Positions 24,201 to 39,200 of a DNA stretch of 64,000 bases are shown in pieces (the stretch's first letter is position 1; every line of letters begins with the position of its first letter). The notes under the pieces were generated by a model, which worked only from the letters and a program-made list of their open reading frames with translations, was not told the DNA's origin and did no database searches. The translations under genes and the position numbers were made by a program. The stretch is from Ophelia neglecta (lineage: Eukaryota), in contig OZ260667.1 of NCBI GenBank assembly GCA_965285935.1, forward strand, positions 50,902,001 to 50,966,000, written 5' to 3'.

Positions 24201-27200
24201 TCAATAAAGTTTCAAGGCGTGTTTATAAAATATGCTTAATTAGCCTATCCAATGAATAAGCCCAGGGTGTAGTAAGTATTTATTATGTTTCTGTCTGTCA
24301 CAGGCCTTGATATTGACTTTTTTCAAACACGGGGTCGGCAAGCTTGGGGAGGGTGTGCGATGGGTGTCTCTTTCCAAAGGGGGCCCTGGGGAATCAGCTC
24401 CTGGGTACCGGCCATCCAGGGGATCGAGGGTGTGTGGTGGCTGTCCCCTCCCGGCGGGGGAGGGGGCGTAATTTAAGATGCACGAACTGCTTGCCCTTTT
24501 ACCATGCGCGGACTAAGCCTTCGGACTGCGCGAAATAAGCCTACATGTGGACGGTATGAAAGGATGCGTGATATTATACGAGTTAGCGAACCGACTGTAA
24601 TATACTTACGTTAAGTTCAAATACGGAGATGCCTATTCCACTAGCGGCTCCCGAGCCCGCCAAACCGATAAAATGGCCGCTGCCAATGTTACTAGCGAAC
24701 AGGGAGGCACCGATCTGGAAGAATATGAAAAATGTAAATTTTAATGAGTATCTAAACGTCCTTATTGATCTCTGCTCACTCACAGCCATGACAACATTAC
24801 ATATTATAGGAACCCAAGGAACTGGAAAATACTGGTCTAATTATGAAGATGATCTGTTTCGACAGGTTAGTGTACAGGGACAGTATGCAGAATGGTCTTC
24901 ATTTAGAGGTCAGAATTGCCGGGTGGTCTTGATAACCAGGAGACCTTTAGTCAGATTTCACAGTATTAATTTTAGGAAATTAAACAGATTTATCTAGGTC
25001 AGGCATCCATATATTGTATGATTGTAAGACTGTTGACCTGAAAAATGAGCCATTGGCATTATCAACTGTCGCCATTATACCTGCAGAATGTAATCAACCA
25101 TCAGCCACCGAGTTTTGTCGAGTAGGCCACTGACAAGATATTGGTGTCAAGTAGACCACTGAAGACAAGATACTGGTGTCGAGTAGACCACTGAAAAGAT
25201 AGGGATGTCAAGTAGACCACTGAGAACAAGATAGTGGTGTCGAGTAGGCCACTGACGACAAGATAGTGGTGTCGAGTGGGCAACCGGCGACAAGATAGTG
25301 ATGTCGAGTAGGCCACTGGCGACAAAGTACTTGACAACAACGAGTAGCGTCGAGTAGGCCACTAGCTGCCGACAAGATACATGTTTACCAAGTGTTGAAA
25401 AAAAAGAAAAAATTAATATTCGACTGATGGCCATGGGCGGTTGTTACAAACTTATTTGAAGTAGGTCCAAACGTCATGGCAGGGCAGAGATAAAAAAGTG
25501 CTCAATTCGCAAGTAAATTCTTAAAATGCGCTCAGTTATCACTACCCTTGGCCCCTGCTTATTTTACTGTTTATTAGAGAGGCGTTCCTGTCAGGCAGCA
25601 CGCCAGTTATTGGCACAGTAGCTTTTGGCAGGGTATGCTAAAACTGTCTTTTTTTGTGGTCGATAACTTTGAAAAAACACGTGCTTTTATCTGATGCTAA
25701 TTGTTGACATAGGATCGACCCCCAACCGAGAAGCATGGCCTTGACAAGTAAGAAATTGATGAAGCATTTTATCTGAACTAAATTGAGAACGACTTAAAAG
25801 AAAACGATATTGGAATAAGTAAAATTATACTAAATTAAATGTAAGACGCATTTATTAGCTGATTATAATCTAAAACACGATATTTTGTTTCTCCATAAGA
25901 GCCTGTAACAGTAAACTTGTAAGTTGTGTAGAGCTAGGCCGCATATAAACTTATTTAATGCGTATGAATATTTGTATTCGATGTGAAAAGTGCCTCGGTG
26001 CTGTGTACTGGGTGAACTAGTGAACATGTTGAGCGACATTATAGACCGAGATCGTATAAGTTTGGGTCTTGTAGACAGTCATCGCCTATTTTTTGCTCTA
26101 TCTCATCAGAACTTTGTTAAAAAGAGGTTTAACCATTACAGGTATTGCGTGGATATATTTGTGGACGCCTTCTTCAGCGGAAAACATTTAAATTGTAATC
26201 CATCTATTTTCTTGACAATCAATGGTCGATATTGGTACACCCTCAGACATTATGTAACAAATGACATACTTTATAACTATAGTATTGAGTAGTTGCAGAT
26301 GGTCTGTGGACCGAAATACAGTGAAATGAAGAATCATTTATCAGTCACGTCCACGTATATATACATGAGTATGAATTTATAACATTGAAATATTTGTTGT
26401 ACTCTCCAAATATGGGGGAATAAAAGGTTAACAACAACAATGTATGTTACAACATGGCTAAGCCTTTGTGTAGTGCTAGATATTCAGTGTAACCTGTGAA
26501 TTAAGACCACCCAATCCATGGACTGGAAAATACCAGTCTGATTTGGTAGATCGCCTTCTGTACAGGGTAGTTTCATTGAACCCGAACAGTATGGTCTTCA
26601 CTTTGGTCGTCTGAATTGACGGGCGGTCTGAATATAAAGGTGGCTTTAAGGCAGGTTTCATTGTATGTTTGTTAGCTCTTTTTATATAGCATCTTCTGTG
26701 CTGTAAAAGCTGTGTTTTGCAATATCTGATTCATTTCGAAATATGACAGCTTGGTACTCAGCCATCGTGCAGTCCATTATCTACTGAACATGTTTCAGTA
26801 AGCTCGGGGATGGGGGGGGGGGGGGTCGCTGGGGGGAGCCAGAGGCAACATGAAATGTAAGCAGAGTACAACTTGACTGTGACCGTGTGATGGTTTAATC
26901 AATTAGGTCCATACCTCCGGTCTAGATATATATATATATAGAGTGTTTGGCAGGGCCACATCGAAGGAGAAATGTCTCTGCTGTTTGTGACACTGCAGAG
27001 CATTGGTCGAATTCAGTGACGATAGGCGTATTTAAAAGGTACTTAGGGGGAGGATAAATTGTAACAGCCTCCAGCCCTTGTCACTGGTAGGACACGATCT
27101 GAGTAACGTTTTGTTACTCAGATCATAAAATGGCGGACGCCAAATAAACTCTTGTTGGTAACTAGGCTTTTATCAATATTTATACAGCTTATATGATGGC

Positions 27201-30200
27201 AGTTGTTTGCTAATAGTTGTACAACAATGTCTAGATAATAGTGACACAATGTCAGAATTTATAAGAATGCATTCGGGGAGTTTTCTGCGCATGAAGATTA
27301 ACTAGGTGATCTGAGTAACAAAAAAGGAATGATCTGAGTAACGACTTTTTAAAATATCACTGCTACATTGATCAAGGTTTAATTGTCAGTTAAATCTCGC
27401 ACAATAGTAAAAAATACAGTGTAAGTGAACAGAATTTTAGTTTATATTTTTACACAAGTCCATCAAGGAACAAACTAACTAATTTGCACTAAACTGATAT
27501 CCAGGAATTTTCACAAAGGGTAGATATTCAGACCTGTACAGAGTAAAAAGAACCTGACCTAATAAATTTGTTTGAGTTGTATTTATAATGTGCAGATCAT
27601 AATCAAGTATCATATGACCATATTTTTGCAAAACTCATGCATACCAAACAAAGTCTGATTAATCCCCAACCTGGACAACCTTGTAATGGGAAATTCCCCT
27701 ATTTTAGAATTGCCTTATTTTTCACCCTCTTCAATATTTCCCCTTTACCTCAGGGTAAAATTTTCCCCTCATAATAGGGGAATTTCACCATATGTCTAGT
27801 GGGTTAATTCGGTATATCAGGTAGGGAATTTCCCCTTTTATAGAAATGTGAAATTCCCTAATTTGATCTATATGGAACTGTTGGCCTATTTGTGCAAACC
27901 TTGAACACTATTGGGACATTGACTCCAATGGTAAATTATGTTTACAGGCAGTGAAAAAGCAGGAAGTTCAGAAAGGGACTTAAGTATGGTGATCGAGTAT
28001 ATTATCATTCATTCATGAATTTGTATACATGTTATCCTGTGGAAAATGAGTCTATGTTGGATGTGCATTTTAGATGATCAGATGGGCCAGTGGGAGTAAA
28101 CTATAAGGGTGCTGATACAAAATGTAAATATCATATTTTGTCAATACATTTAGACATTGATGCCATGTACACTTGCAGGGTAGTGAGACACTCTGAGTTT
28201 ATGAGAAAGGTCCCCTGCAAAATATGTCACATTTAAAATGATAAGGTTATATAGACTATATTATTGAGCATGTTACTCTTTCCCATTTTTTTCAGTTTAA
28301 GTTCTGCACCTCCCTGGCATGTTTTGTTTACAAACCTTCACATTTTTATAAGACATGTTCTATCTTTCTGTTTTAAATTCTATTCAGTTGTATACTAGCA
28401 ATTCATTACTTGTTCTACAAATTTTAAACTCGGTTCAGGTGTATACTAGCAATTCACTGTTTGTTCTAGGAAAGGCCTGGGGAGGGGGGGGGGTTGTTAA
28501 GCAAATAAAAACAACAACAATGTGCAGGGTTGGCACACCTGTACTTTCCATTTATTAATTTTATTCCCTGCCAAATTCAGCTATATAATGTATTTTGGTG
28601 CTTTGGTAATCACAAAAATAGCACCTGGCGACTTTGTCCACACTGCCTGAAAATGTTAGAAAAGAATGCCTGGTGACATGTGGTTAAATTTGTAACTGTG
28701 CCATCAAAGAATAAGAAGTGTGCTTTCCAAATTAAATAGGGAGGGGGGGGGTCATTTACTAGGTGGGGGGAGGCTGGCATCCCCATCCCCCTTCAGAGAC
28801 CCTGCTGATTTCTGACACCCCCTCCCCCCCCCCCCCCCCATCCTCTCCACCAGGTTAAATTAGATAATGGACTGCCTATTTTTACCCACACACGCACATG
28901 CAATGCCTAACATACACTGACTGCATGAGCTTATACTGTTTGATAAATGTAGCAGTGATATTTTAAAAAGTCGTTACTCAGATCATGCCTTTTTTGTTAC
29001 TCAGATCCCCTAGCAAATCTTCATGCGCAGAAAACTCCCCAAATGCATTCTTATAAATTCTGACATTGTGTCACTATTATCTAGACATTGTTGTACAACT
29101 ATTAGCAAATGACTGCAATCATATAAGCTGTATAAATATTGATAAAAGCCTAGTTACCAACAAGAGTTAATTTGGCGTCCGCCATTTTATGATCTGAGTA
29201 ACAAAACGTTACTCAGATCGTGTCCTACCAGTGCCTTGTGTCCCGCTCACTTACACATTTGTTACGTTGTTTCTTCAAACTAACAATTCTTAAATAATTT
29301 CAAATTGAATGCACCCATAATCTGTTAAACAAGAGACATTGCGTTAAGATCTAGAGAGTGTTTTTAGTGCGTCCTATAACAGCTAATACCGCTGCTGACT
29401 AAACGACATTCGTCATTGTCTAAAGCAGAGTGAACAGTGATAGGCTATAAATTATCAATATAAGCAGGATGGTCATGAAACAGAGACAAAGTCTTGGCGT
29501 GCAGCCTACATGACAAGCATGCCGGGCTCTCTCTCCGGGACACGTGCTCGCCTCAAGTTGTCACAAGGGTAAGGGCACAAGTTAGTCGTTTTTTCACACT
29601 CGAATAATCTTTGCAATCGAATTATACCAATTAATGCAAATCAAGTGGACTTTGAAATCGGATTCAAGCTCACTTGTCCTAATCATGGCTCTATTTTCAG
29701 ATGTGATCGCACCTTGTATTCTCCCAATAAAATGTTGTCGAAATGTGGGCGAATTAACTTCAGGGAATTTATTTAGCATTAAATTGCTTTAAATTTACAT
29801 TTCATGCATATTGACACTGGGACAATGGGGTTGTTTTTTAATGGCATGACCAACTTGAATTGCAAATTAATATTATTCGAATAGATAGTTAGGTTATGAG
29901 CATAGGCTGATACTGGAGAAGGCCATTTACCCCTGTAAACTAATTCAGTCGCGGACACTTTGATCTTACAGAACATTGCGCATCGGCCTAGCTTTGATCA
30001 AGACCGGAGTCCTGGTTTAAGGACACTCCATTTCCCAATCTAATAGATTAATAATTATATTCGAGTTTAAAGAGCGCGCTTTCAACACTGCTTCTACATT
30101 GCAGATTGGTCAAGTAAACGCAGAAAGCGACGGAATTTCAAATAATTTTTTGTGCCATGCATAGCATTATACATATGGGCGTTTGGCTGTTGTTTAGAAA

Positions 30201-33200
30201 AGTTCATTATTTTGAGTAATTAACATGGATGAAGATAAATGTTCTTACTACGGAAGAAGATAACAACCATATAGATTAAACCCGCTTGACTAATCCTAAG
30301 CTGTACTCAATGTTTAGAGCTTGTTGCAAAAAAACAGGGCTCGCGTTCATATTTCGTCTTTTACACGCCAGTAACAATCTTATTCCTAAACGAAAATACA
30401 AATTCTTTCTTGACAAATTTGAAACTACTCACCAATATAAAGTTCATGTTTCTTCCCGCTAAGAAGTAGCCGCCCACACTTCCTCTGTTCTTACACGACG
30501 ACTGAAAGACAACGATGAATGAAATTATACAAACGAAACAAGGTTTATAATAGATGAAATCAATGCAACGAAAGGTGCGTGGAATAGTGTGGATTTACTG
30601 TCGAAAGCAATAAGAAAAGCTGCTGGTGAATTTAAGGGAACAAAAATGTGATCACTGCAATCATGTTGTGGGAATTAAGAACCCATGATGAGAGAACACT
30701 GGGACACAAGAAAGTTTCTTCATCCCAGGAGAACACCAGAAAACTGTCATAATTTTCTTCAAAACAACCAAATTCCTCCATCGTATTTGAACCTCTGATG
30801 GGAGACCACCCTTCATGTAAGACCGGTTATATGGTGGTCTCTCTTAGGGGTTCCGCTCTCTCTCTATATATAAGTCGTTCACTGCTTTGTTACCTTGGTG
30901 AACAATGACACCAATATTCTTAACAAAGATCCCAAAATTATTTACTTGTTCCTAATTTCTTTCTTTTTTTGTCGCCTGTTCTGAATTTTGAGTTTATTTT
31001 CTTGCCGGGGCCAGATTTAAATGTGAGGGTTTTTTGGCGAAATATGGGTTGGCTATCAAGTGGCCAGTTTTTATTATGCTATATGAATCTCATTTATTGC
31101 GCTGGGCACTCGCTTTGAGACTTAAACACTTCGTTTTCATCGCGGATGGATTTCGAGCATAAGCCGCAATGTTATATTCAAATCAAATCAAAATATTTTA
31201 TTGAGCAGTTGAGTCTGCTGATATACAAGCTATATACAATGCTCATATAATGTTGCAGATTTCTGCTTTTTATTGCCTTTTATTGAAAGAAGGCATGTGT
31301 CTTTCTTATTTTCTAGCTGATAATTTAGACCCGAGCGGACCTTTCTTTTTTACATAAGCCCCATTTACCTTTACACCATTAACCGCTGGCCCTTTTTTCA
31401 TTTAAAAGTATTTGTGAACCAAGAATTAAACAATTGGCACCTTAGGAAAATATTATGCATTTGTACGGGTTTATTATAGTAACTTAACATAAGAATAGCA
31501 ATACTACAACGGATGGACCATGTGAGAACAACTTAATTTTCTATATCCATGTATAAAAACCTAACTTGTTTCAAAAGTATTCTCCCCCCCCCCCCTTCCC
31601 CCATTAGGCTACTGCATTGTGCATTCCTAAACGCGTACACGGGGCAATGTCTACCCCATATGGGACTTTTATGGCGTCCTCTCTATACCTAGACCTACTT
31701 ATTAAAGTCGAGAGGATGATCTACGGGTACTCAGTGCATGGTTCGATTGTAAACTGGCTCTCGAAGATCGAAGTCTATGTCAAGTATTGCCGGGGGTAGG
31801 TTTCGATAAGTCTAATGTTAAATGCTCAATTTTCAATTTTGGGACCTTTCAGTTTATAACTGATAGTACACACACGTGAAGTTCAGGCTTGCACTTCTTC
31901 CCGCATGTAACAATCACTGGCCATGAACACACCTCCACCGCAAACCACTTTGATTTCGATACAACGGTTTTATTTGAAAAAAGATAACGATAATCAACTA
32001 AAAAAAACGGGAGTGGATACCCGGCAGATATAATAAAATCATTTATCAAGAATAGTCGATTAAATCTGATATAAACAGGAACCATCATTGACAGGCCCGC
32101 ATACATCACTCCGCAATGTGAAGTACATGGTTATGTGCTACTAGCAGGGATACCCGTGAAACAGTGTTAGTTTTGCAACACAATTTTCATAACATCTTTC
32201 ATCAAAGCACCCCGCCTTCCCCACCCTCATTTGATGCCACGCTTCTCATTCCTGTTAATTATCTTGTGATTTGGCGCCTCCCCCCCCCCCTCCCCCCCCC
32301 ACACACACTGACTGGGCTTTTAGCCCTTGGCAAGTATTGGCCCAGAGGCAAATTTATTTTCGTATTCAGAATGTCTTTAATTCGGAGACGATCTATTAAA
32401 TACAGGTGAGAACACCATTGTGGCCTAACATGCCGAGATTCTGTCCTCATCCAAGTGCCATTTATCCCCGTCCATTATGCCGAAAATCTTTTCATCATTC
32501 TCTGGAAGTGTTTGGAAGTTGTTAATAGCGGAAATATGACACCTGGCAAAGGGGCACTGGAAAACCAGATGTACTTGCGTCGTCCCCTAACGATCTACAT
32601 TATAATATTTACTGTCGTATCACGTGATTAAAATGGTCGATGTCTTCAGCAGTGAATTCGACTCATAACAACCCACCAAAAAAGGGGTAAATATGAGGTA
32701 GGGTAAGGTTTAGGGTGGGGGTTAATAGGACCTAGGATAGTGTCACGGTCTTCAAGGGCCGTGATCTTTTGGAGTCGAATTCATCTGTTGTGCTGTCCCA
32801 GTCCCCCAAAATGCGATTTTTATACTAGTCAATAATCTGGTTTCCCAGTCCTTCATATTAATGTTCTACTGCTCACAATTGGCGGAACATACCCAGAAAA
32901 TCCCCCCCCCCCCCCCGGACATCCGCTAAGTTTTGCTGGCTATATAAGGGGGCACTATATGAAGTTATCCTGGCTATATAAGGGGGCACGAATGGATGCG
33001 GACGGTGTCCTCTAAATATACAAGCTGGTCCGGAGGGGGTCTTGAGGGTGGGTGGTGGGAGGGTTGGGGGGGGGGGAGGCGGAGGTCGTTTATCTTCCAG
33101 ACAGCCCTCTAGGGACAACCCTTTTGCTGATCAACCAAGTGAAAGCTGCAGACCATCTTTATTTTAATACCGCAAAACGCGCCCTTGACCCCCCCCCCCC

Positions 33201-36200
33201 CCCCCCAGGACCCCTTCCACGGGGATATGACCATATATATACATATATGTCTAGTCATTAAAATTTGTGTGGAACTTGCATGCAAAAAGTCCATTACATA
33301 TTATGTTGTTTACTTATTTCGAGCTTTATAACAGCTTTTCGAAGCTGCAGTTTGAAAATTTTCGGTCGCTCCAGGTATACCTTGGAGGAGAAAAGAGAGC
33401 CAAGCTGACATGTAATGTTGAATCCTTGCCAGCAAGCCCGCCAAACATGCCAATGGCATTCGAACACGGAATAGACCGTATAGTTATGTTATTCAATCCG
33501 AGAAAGAAAGCATACTAAGGACACATGGCCATGCCATTATCATAAACAGAGAAAACAACGCATAGCAGGTTACAATCAGGTTAATTTATACACTCGTCAA
33601 GTCAAAAGCTTTGTTCAAGGCAAAACAGCGCCATAACTTGTCCGTATATAGATATATAGCCAATGCGTGTAATACTTCATAGATTTATTTTTATTCTTAG
33701 ATATATGGATACTTCCGACTCAGAATTATACGATGGCGTTACATTACCCGATTTTATTTTATAGCTTTTAATTTTAATGATGTCTGCATATTATCTTCAT
33801 TTTTTATCTATATAAATACACTGTCGCGCCAGACTGTGTTCAAAATAGAAGAAGAATACTACTTTGTCTTTTTCGAGAGCCGTAATGACATTCCTGTATA
33901 TAGGACATGAACATGACCTGCCCAGACGACTTTTTTTTCATTGCCACTTAGTGAGGCAGGTCGTTTATGGGTAAATCATAAGTAGGTCACCATGAAGCAC
34001 CTCAGCTAACCTTTAAGCATTCCGCAGTGGGTAAAAAGCCTTGATAGCTAACCCCGTGGATTAAACATTACATTACACCATGTATCCCTCCCTCCCCCCC
34101 CCCCCCCCCGCTTCTTCTTACAGGCGTCTCTAAGTACAGTGGAGGCCGTGTCAGCCCCCACCCACCCCCTCTCTGTCCCTCTCTCTTAATTATTTTTCTT
34201 TCCTTTTTTGTTCTTCTATAATATAATTTACTCATTGTTCTCCGAAAACGACTCCTGGATGTGTTCGGCGGGTGTCCCCTCCCAATTAAGAGTCTATAGG
34301 ATAATTCCCCAGACCCTCATTGTGGAGTTCCCCCCCCCCCCCCCCCACTCGAGGGGCATGTATAACAACATGCCCGGATGACCATCTAGGTTTTAGAACT
34401 TATTACATATGATCATTTCTGTACATAGGAATCGGTATGGTTATTGTATTGAGGAAATATATGCCTTTTTAAGAATACATGATTATACAAGTTTGGGATT
34501 TATAAAACAATTGTAAGTGCACAGTGCCGAACTTTTTAAATTTATAATGTTGTGTGTTTTAGCGCACAATAGCGATATATGACATCTCTAAGTTCATAAA
34601 ATAATTAATTCGATCATAAATCTGGTGATAGTTCACAGCAGACTGCTCTTTTCTACAGTTTTATGTCTTCGTTTACCGGATACAGGTTGTGCTTGTTTAC
34701 CTGGTACGGTTCAGTCGGAGGTCACACCACTTGACCCTGAATAGGCGCATCAAAAGTGTGCACGGGGCCAGTCAATCTGGGGCGTACACCTTCTACCTGC
34801 CTGAACGGATCTCGTATTTGTCCAAAAGCAGAGGTTGGTTTCGTCCCCCCCCCCCCCCTACCACCACCACCACCCACCCTACACACACAGACCCTCACCG
34901 CCCCGCCCCCTCCCTCTCTATAATATACCATTGAGCTAGACGGGGTTTATATATATCTATAGATGACCGCGACCTTAAGTTAGTTACCTGTGTATTGAAA
35001 AGACTGAATTCTCGTGCAAGCGCGAGGTATATAAACAGGTGTGAAAAGTGAAGCTTGTTGACTAGTTTGCTCAAGATGTTTGCCACACAGCGATGTTAAC
35101 AAGTTAAAGTAAATTTACATAGGTTTTATGAACGTACTTGGAGGTGTAACCTAGGTCACAGTAACCGTGTACAATAAAATAAAAAAGTTGTGTAATAAAT
35201 ATACATTTAGCTCCTGTTTTAAATGACTATCAGTTTAAAGATTTTTGCACAAAAGTTGTATTAAAATCGTTGGCGTTTTGTTACCTACATTTTTTGGATA
35301 AAATAAACACGCTTTTTAAAGGCTCTATAAAAATATAGGCAATTTGCCCACTATCAAGAATAACACGTATAAGACATTGTCAACTTAAAAGGAAAGTTTA
35401 TAAGGTGCTGTATTGTCAATATGAAGCTTGGCTTTAGGGGAAAATCGTGTGCAAAAGGTTAAAGGTTAGGCAATCGGTCGATTTATTAGAGGAAAAGAGC
35501 TGAACATCGGCCCTGATATTAAGCATGCCGTGATTTGTGATTTGAGTGTTCTTGTCCCATCCTGGCATTGCCCTTTGGGCATTCCGCACATTCATAATTA
35601 AGTGTTAAAATATGTTAAAACTATTCTCAAAACGCTAGTTGGCCAAGAGCCACGAGACAACCGAAAATTGCAGCATTTCAGGAGACCTAAAGAATTTATG
35701 GTAATACGTGCAAATCAAGAAATGGTATCTAGTACGCTGGCTGTCGGGAGTAGGGTGGGGGAGGGGGCGGCTCTCATGTCTCCCTTATTAGCTTACACTT
35801 ATAAGATGGCATAGCTATTTTCATATAATGGACCCCCCCCCCCCTCCATCCCCTCCACTTACCCCCTACCCCGCCCAGTGCCTCCCAGCTCCTCGTCAAG
35901 ATTAACTGGCTATTCTTGCCTGCTTTACTATAGGACTGGGGTCATGCAGGTAAAGAGGAAAAATGCCTCACGCAACGAGTACTTTTGAGAGATAGTTGAC
36001 CAAACTAGATAGCCACATTAGTATAAAAATTGGAAGCTACTGATAATGTCATTAGTAAAATATATAAAGCGAACTTGATTATGCAGAATTTGATTCATAA
36101 ACAAGTCTCTGTGTTACAGAATGCGTCCTCTTAAAAGAAGTTATCATATATACCCTGTACATGAGTGGAGGATCCATAGGCCTATATTATTGTCGAATAG

Positions 36201-39200
36201 GCCCTACTAATAGGCCTATATACAGGGCAGTTTAAACGTGCGAGCGTATAGAATGGGTTTCTCCGACCAGAGATGGGGCTTTGGGGTTCCATAAGCTCTC
36301 CTGGGACACACATCTAACACCTTGAAATCGCTCTTTGGATAAAGTTCTAAAATAGTAGCGGCGTGCAGACCGGGGGGGGGGGGGTCGGGGGGGGGGGGGG
36401 CAGACAGACCATCAAACTCGAGTTAAATCAAGACTAGGGCTGGGACATAATAGCTCCTTGAAACTGTTTGTTTGCATGTCCTGTTCCCAGCTGGAAGGTT
36501 GGAGACTTAAGCTTTCTACTTAAACCGGTGAATAATATTGGTTTTAGACACGATCCCGCCTCAGGCTCAAGGGTTAGACAGGAACTCGTCCAAAACCCAT
36601 TGTTAATTACCAACTTGAATAGAAAATTTAAGTATCCAAGCTTCCGTATATATATATGCTATATATTTCTGTCTATATCTGTACCCGTAACGCATTTCAA
36701 GATATTTCACCTGAGCAGGAGTCTTGTGTAAAGTGTGGGCGTGCGATACAAGCAGAACCTAAATCATATAGGCCTACATGTTAGTCGGCCGAGTCGTATT
36801 TGTTGACGTAATTTTGTGGTTAAGTTCTGAGAACAGAACATTGGCCCACTATATAGGTCTCCGTTCAAGCATGACATCAAATTGTTTACCTGTCAACTCG
36901 GGATTATGGAACTTTCAAACAGAAGGAAACCGTCATGCTTATGTTACTCTCCCTCTCTCTCGGCAGCCAAGATTTAGCCCAACGGACTCCATACAATACA
37001 ATTTTAATAACAATATAGTATGATTTATTAATTAGAAATCGTCCGGCAAGAATTGTAAACAAATAAATATCAATACGGATCTTGTATTTGTTTTTGATGT
37101 TGATATTATCGGAGTCCGGTCGGGCAGACTCGGGCTACCAAGCTTTCAACCAGTAACCAAGAGTTAGTCTTTTAATAGCCCCCACCACATCCCAGCTCTC
37201 CAAATCCGCTGGAGGCACGCCAACCCCCAACCCCACCCACAGCCCCATCGACACCTCCACCACCACCCCACTTTACCCGGGCCTAATAAAACTCCTTGTT
37301 TTCGCTTTGGGCTCTGAAAAAAAAACTAACTTTCGACCACATGATGAGATTTCAAAAGACGTGAAATCCCCCCGAATTATCCGGTATAAAAATTGGAAGC
37401 TCTGGTAATATCCCCAGCTCCACTGACTCTCAGCCCCACTGACTCCCAGCCCCACTGGAGTGGAAGAGATAGGTTAGGACCCCCCCCCCCTTCCATTTAT
37501 CATATGCACATCATAGAAACCTCATAACCTACCCTGACCGACCCCGAGGACACTATAACTGACTCCACGCTCGGGGACAGGTTGGCCAATGAAAACATAA
37601 TGGATATGACATCTTTATGACGTGTTAAACAGTCTCAACCTTGGGGCTACAAATTTAAACATGAATCTGGGTGAGGTAGAGACTAAATATATAATGCCTT
37701 TGCGTGCGCAATGAGGGGGGGGGGGCGGATATGGTGATTCATAAAGCCTGTGAATTCATAATACGGTATATGGAGATATGGTAACGATAGTTAATATGAG
37801 TAATAATGAGGTAACAAAAGACCCGGATATGTGTATTAGAATTGATTTAGTTTAGCTGTCTCGTGAAATCAACCCGAGACGCTGCGAGTAAACTATCGGG
37901 TCTGTTTGGTGTTATTCGTAACGTGATGACTTTGTCCAGTGTAATGTCAGATATTAAGTCTGTTTTCAAGTACTACATAATTTCATATCATGCACCAGCA
38001 ACCCTGGGGGGGGGGGGGGGAGGTTACGGGTTATAGGGAAATCTGACCAAGATAATATCTTTGGTTTGGGAAATCAGAAAAAAAAAACCTAGCCTTAGTC
38101 GGAAGGCTTTGAAAAAAAAAATCAGGACTTATAAATACTTTATGCATAAAAGAGAGCACAGCGTTTTAGCGCGATTTGTGAGGACAAAAACTCTAAATTC
38201 TAACCTAGTTTAGACCATTGCATGGTTAGGGAAAATTGGTAGAGATTGGTCATTGCTTGGGCCCTAGATTGAACTAAAAAAACGACCCTTGCAATCGGCA
38301 CACTCGTCACCCCTCCCCCCACACCCACCCCCCTTCGTATCCCGGGCAGGAAGCTGCCCCCCCCCCCCCTCTTCGTATCCCGGGCCATCCTGCCAGCAAT
38401 GTCCGCAGGTATATATATGTATAATGAATTAGTACAGTAGGCATCATGTATTTCCAAACCATTTTAGTACCTTAATTGTTGGCAAGCACTTGTTGAAGTT
38501 TATTTATGATGTGTACATGCCTCGGTATTGTGACTATATAGTAACAACAATGAGCCTATATATATGCGCTCAATCATAGGTAGCAACTCGTGAAATTTTC
38601 ATGATTTTGGACGGATCACGTGGAGATTTATTTATTAGTAAATCAAATAATACACCTTTCCATCTGTGTAAAGTCGCATAATATTCCAATTCCCATATTC
38701 CTGCAGAACTACCAAGACAAATGTCATGTATAACCCTGTACTATCTATACAGTCCACTAGACCCCCGGGCTAGACCCACCTGTGTAGGCGCTTAACAGAA
38801 TTTCTTCCAAATTATCAATATGTTCCTATCTTACATTGCATATGTGTCACACCACTTACTATATGTAGTGCACTAGTGTACATACATATATACATGATAT
38901 AGTGCGTAGGGTGATGCATGTGTATACGGCTACAGGAACATATATTGATAACTTTGGAGGAAATCAATTTTTTCCGGTAGTTTCTTGCCTCGTCAAATTC
39001 CGCGCAGCAATTTAGCTTTATGCAACCCAGGCAGTGCGTGGAATAAGGCTATAAAATGCACGGATTTAGCCGGCCTACTGCGCGGAATACAACAATGTGC
39101 GCGACCTTGTTCTATATACATGCTTGAGTTAAGACATATTTTGCGTGTCCTCGATTGTGTTGTATGCAGACGACATTACTTTGGCGGCGGCGGATTCATA

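Noticed and set aside
25117-25380. CRISPR-like array of ~30-nt repeats
   Set aside because: Units are head-to-tail with no unique spacers, no cas genes, and a eukaryotic intron context; it is a minisatellite.
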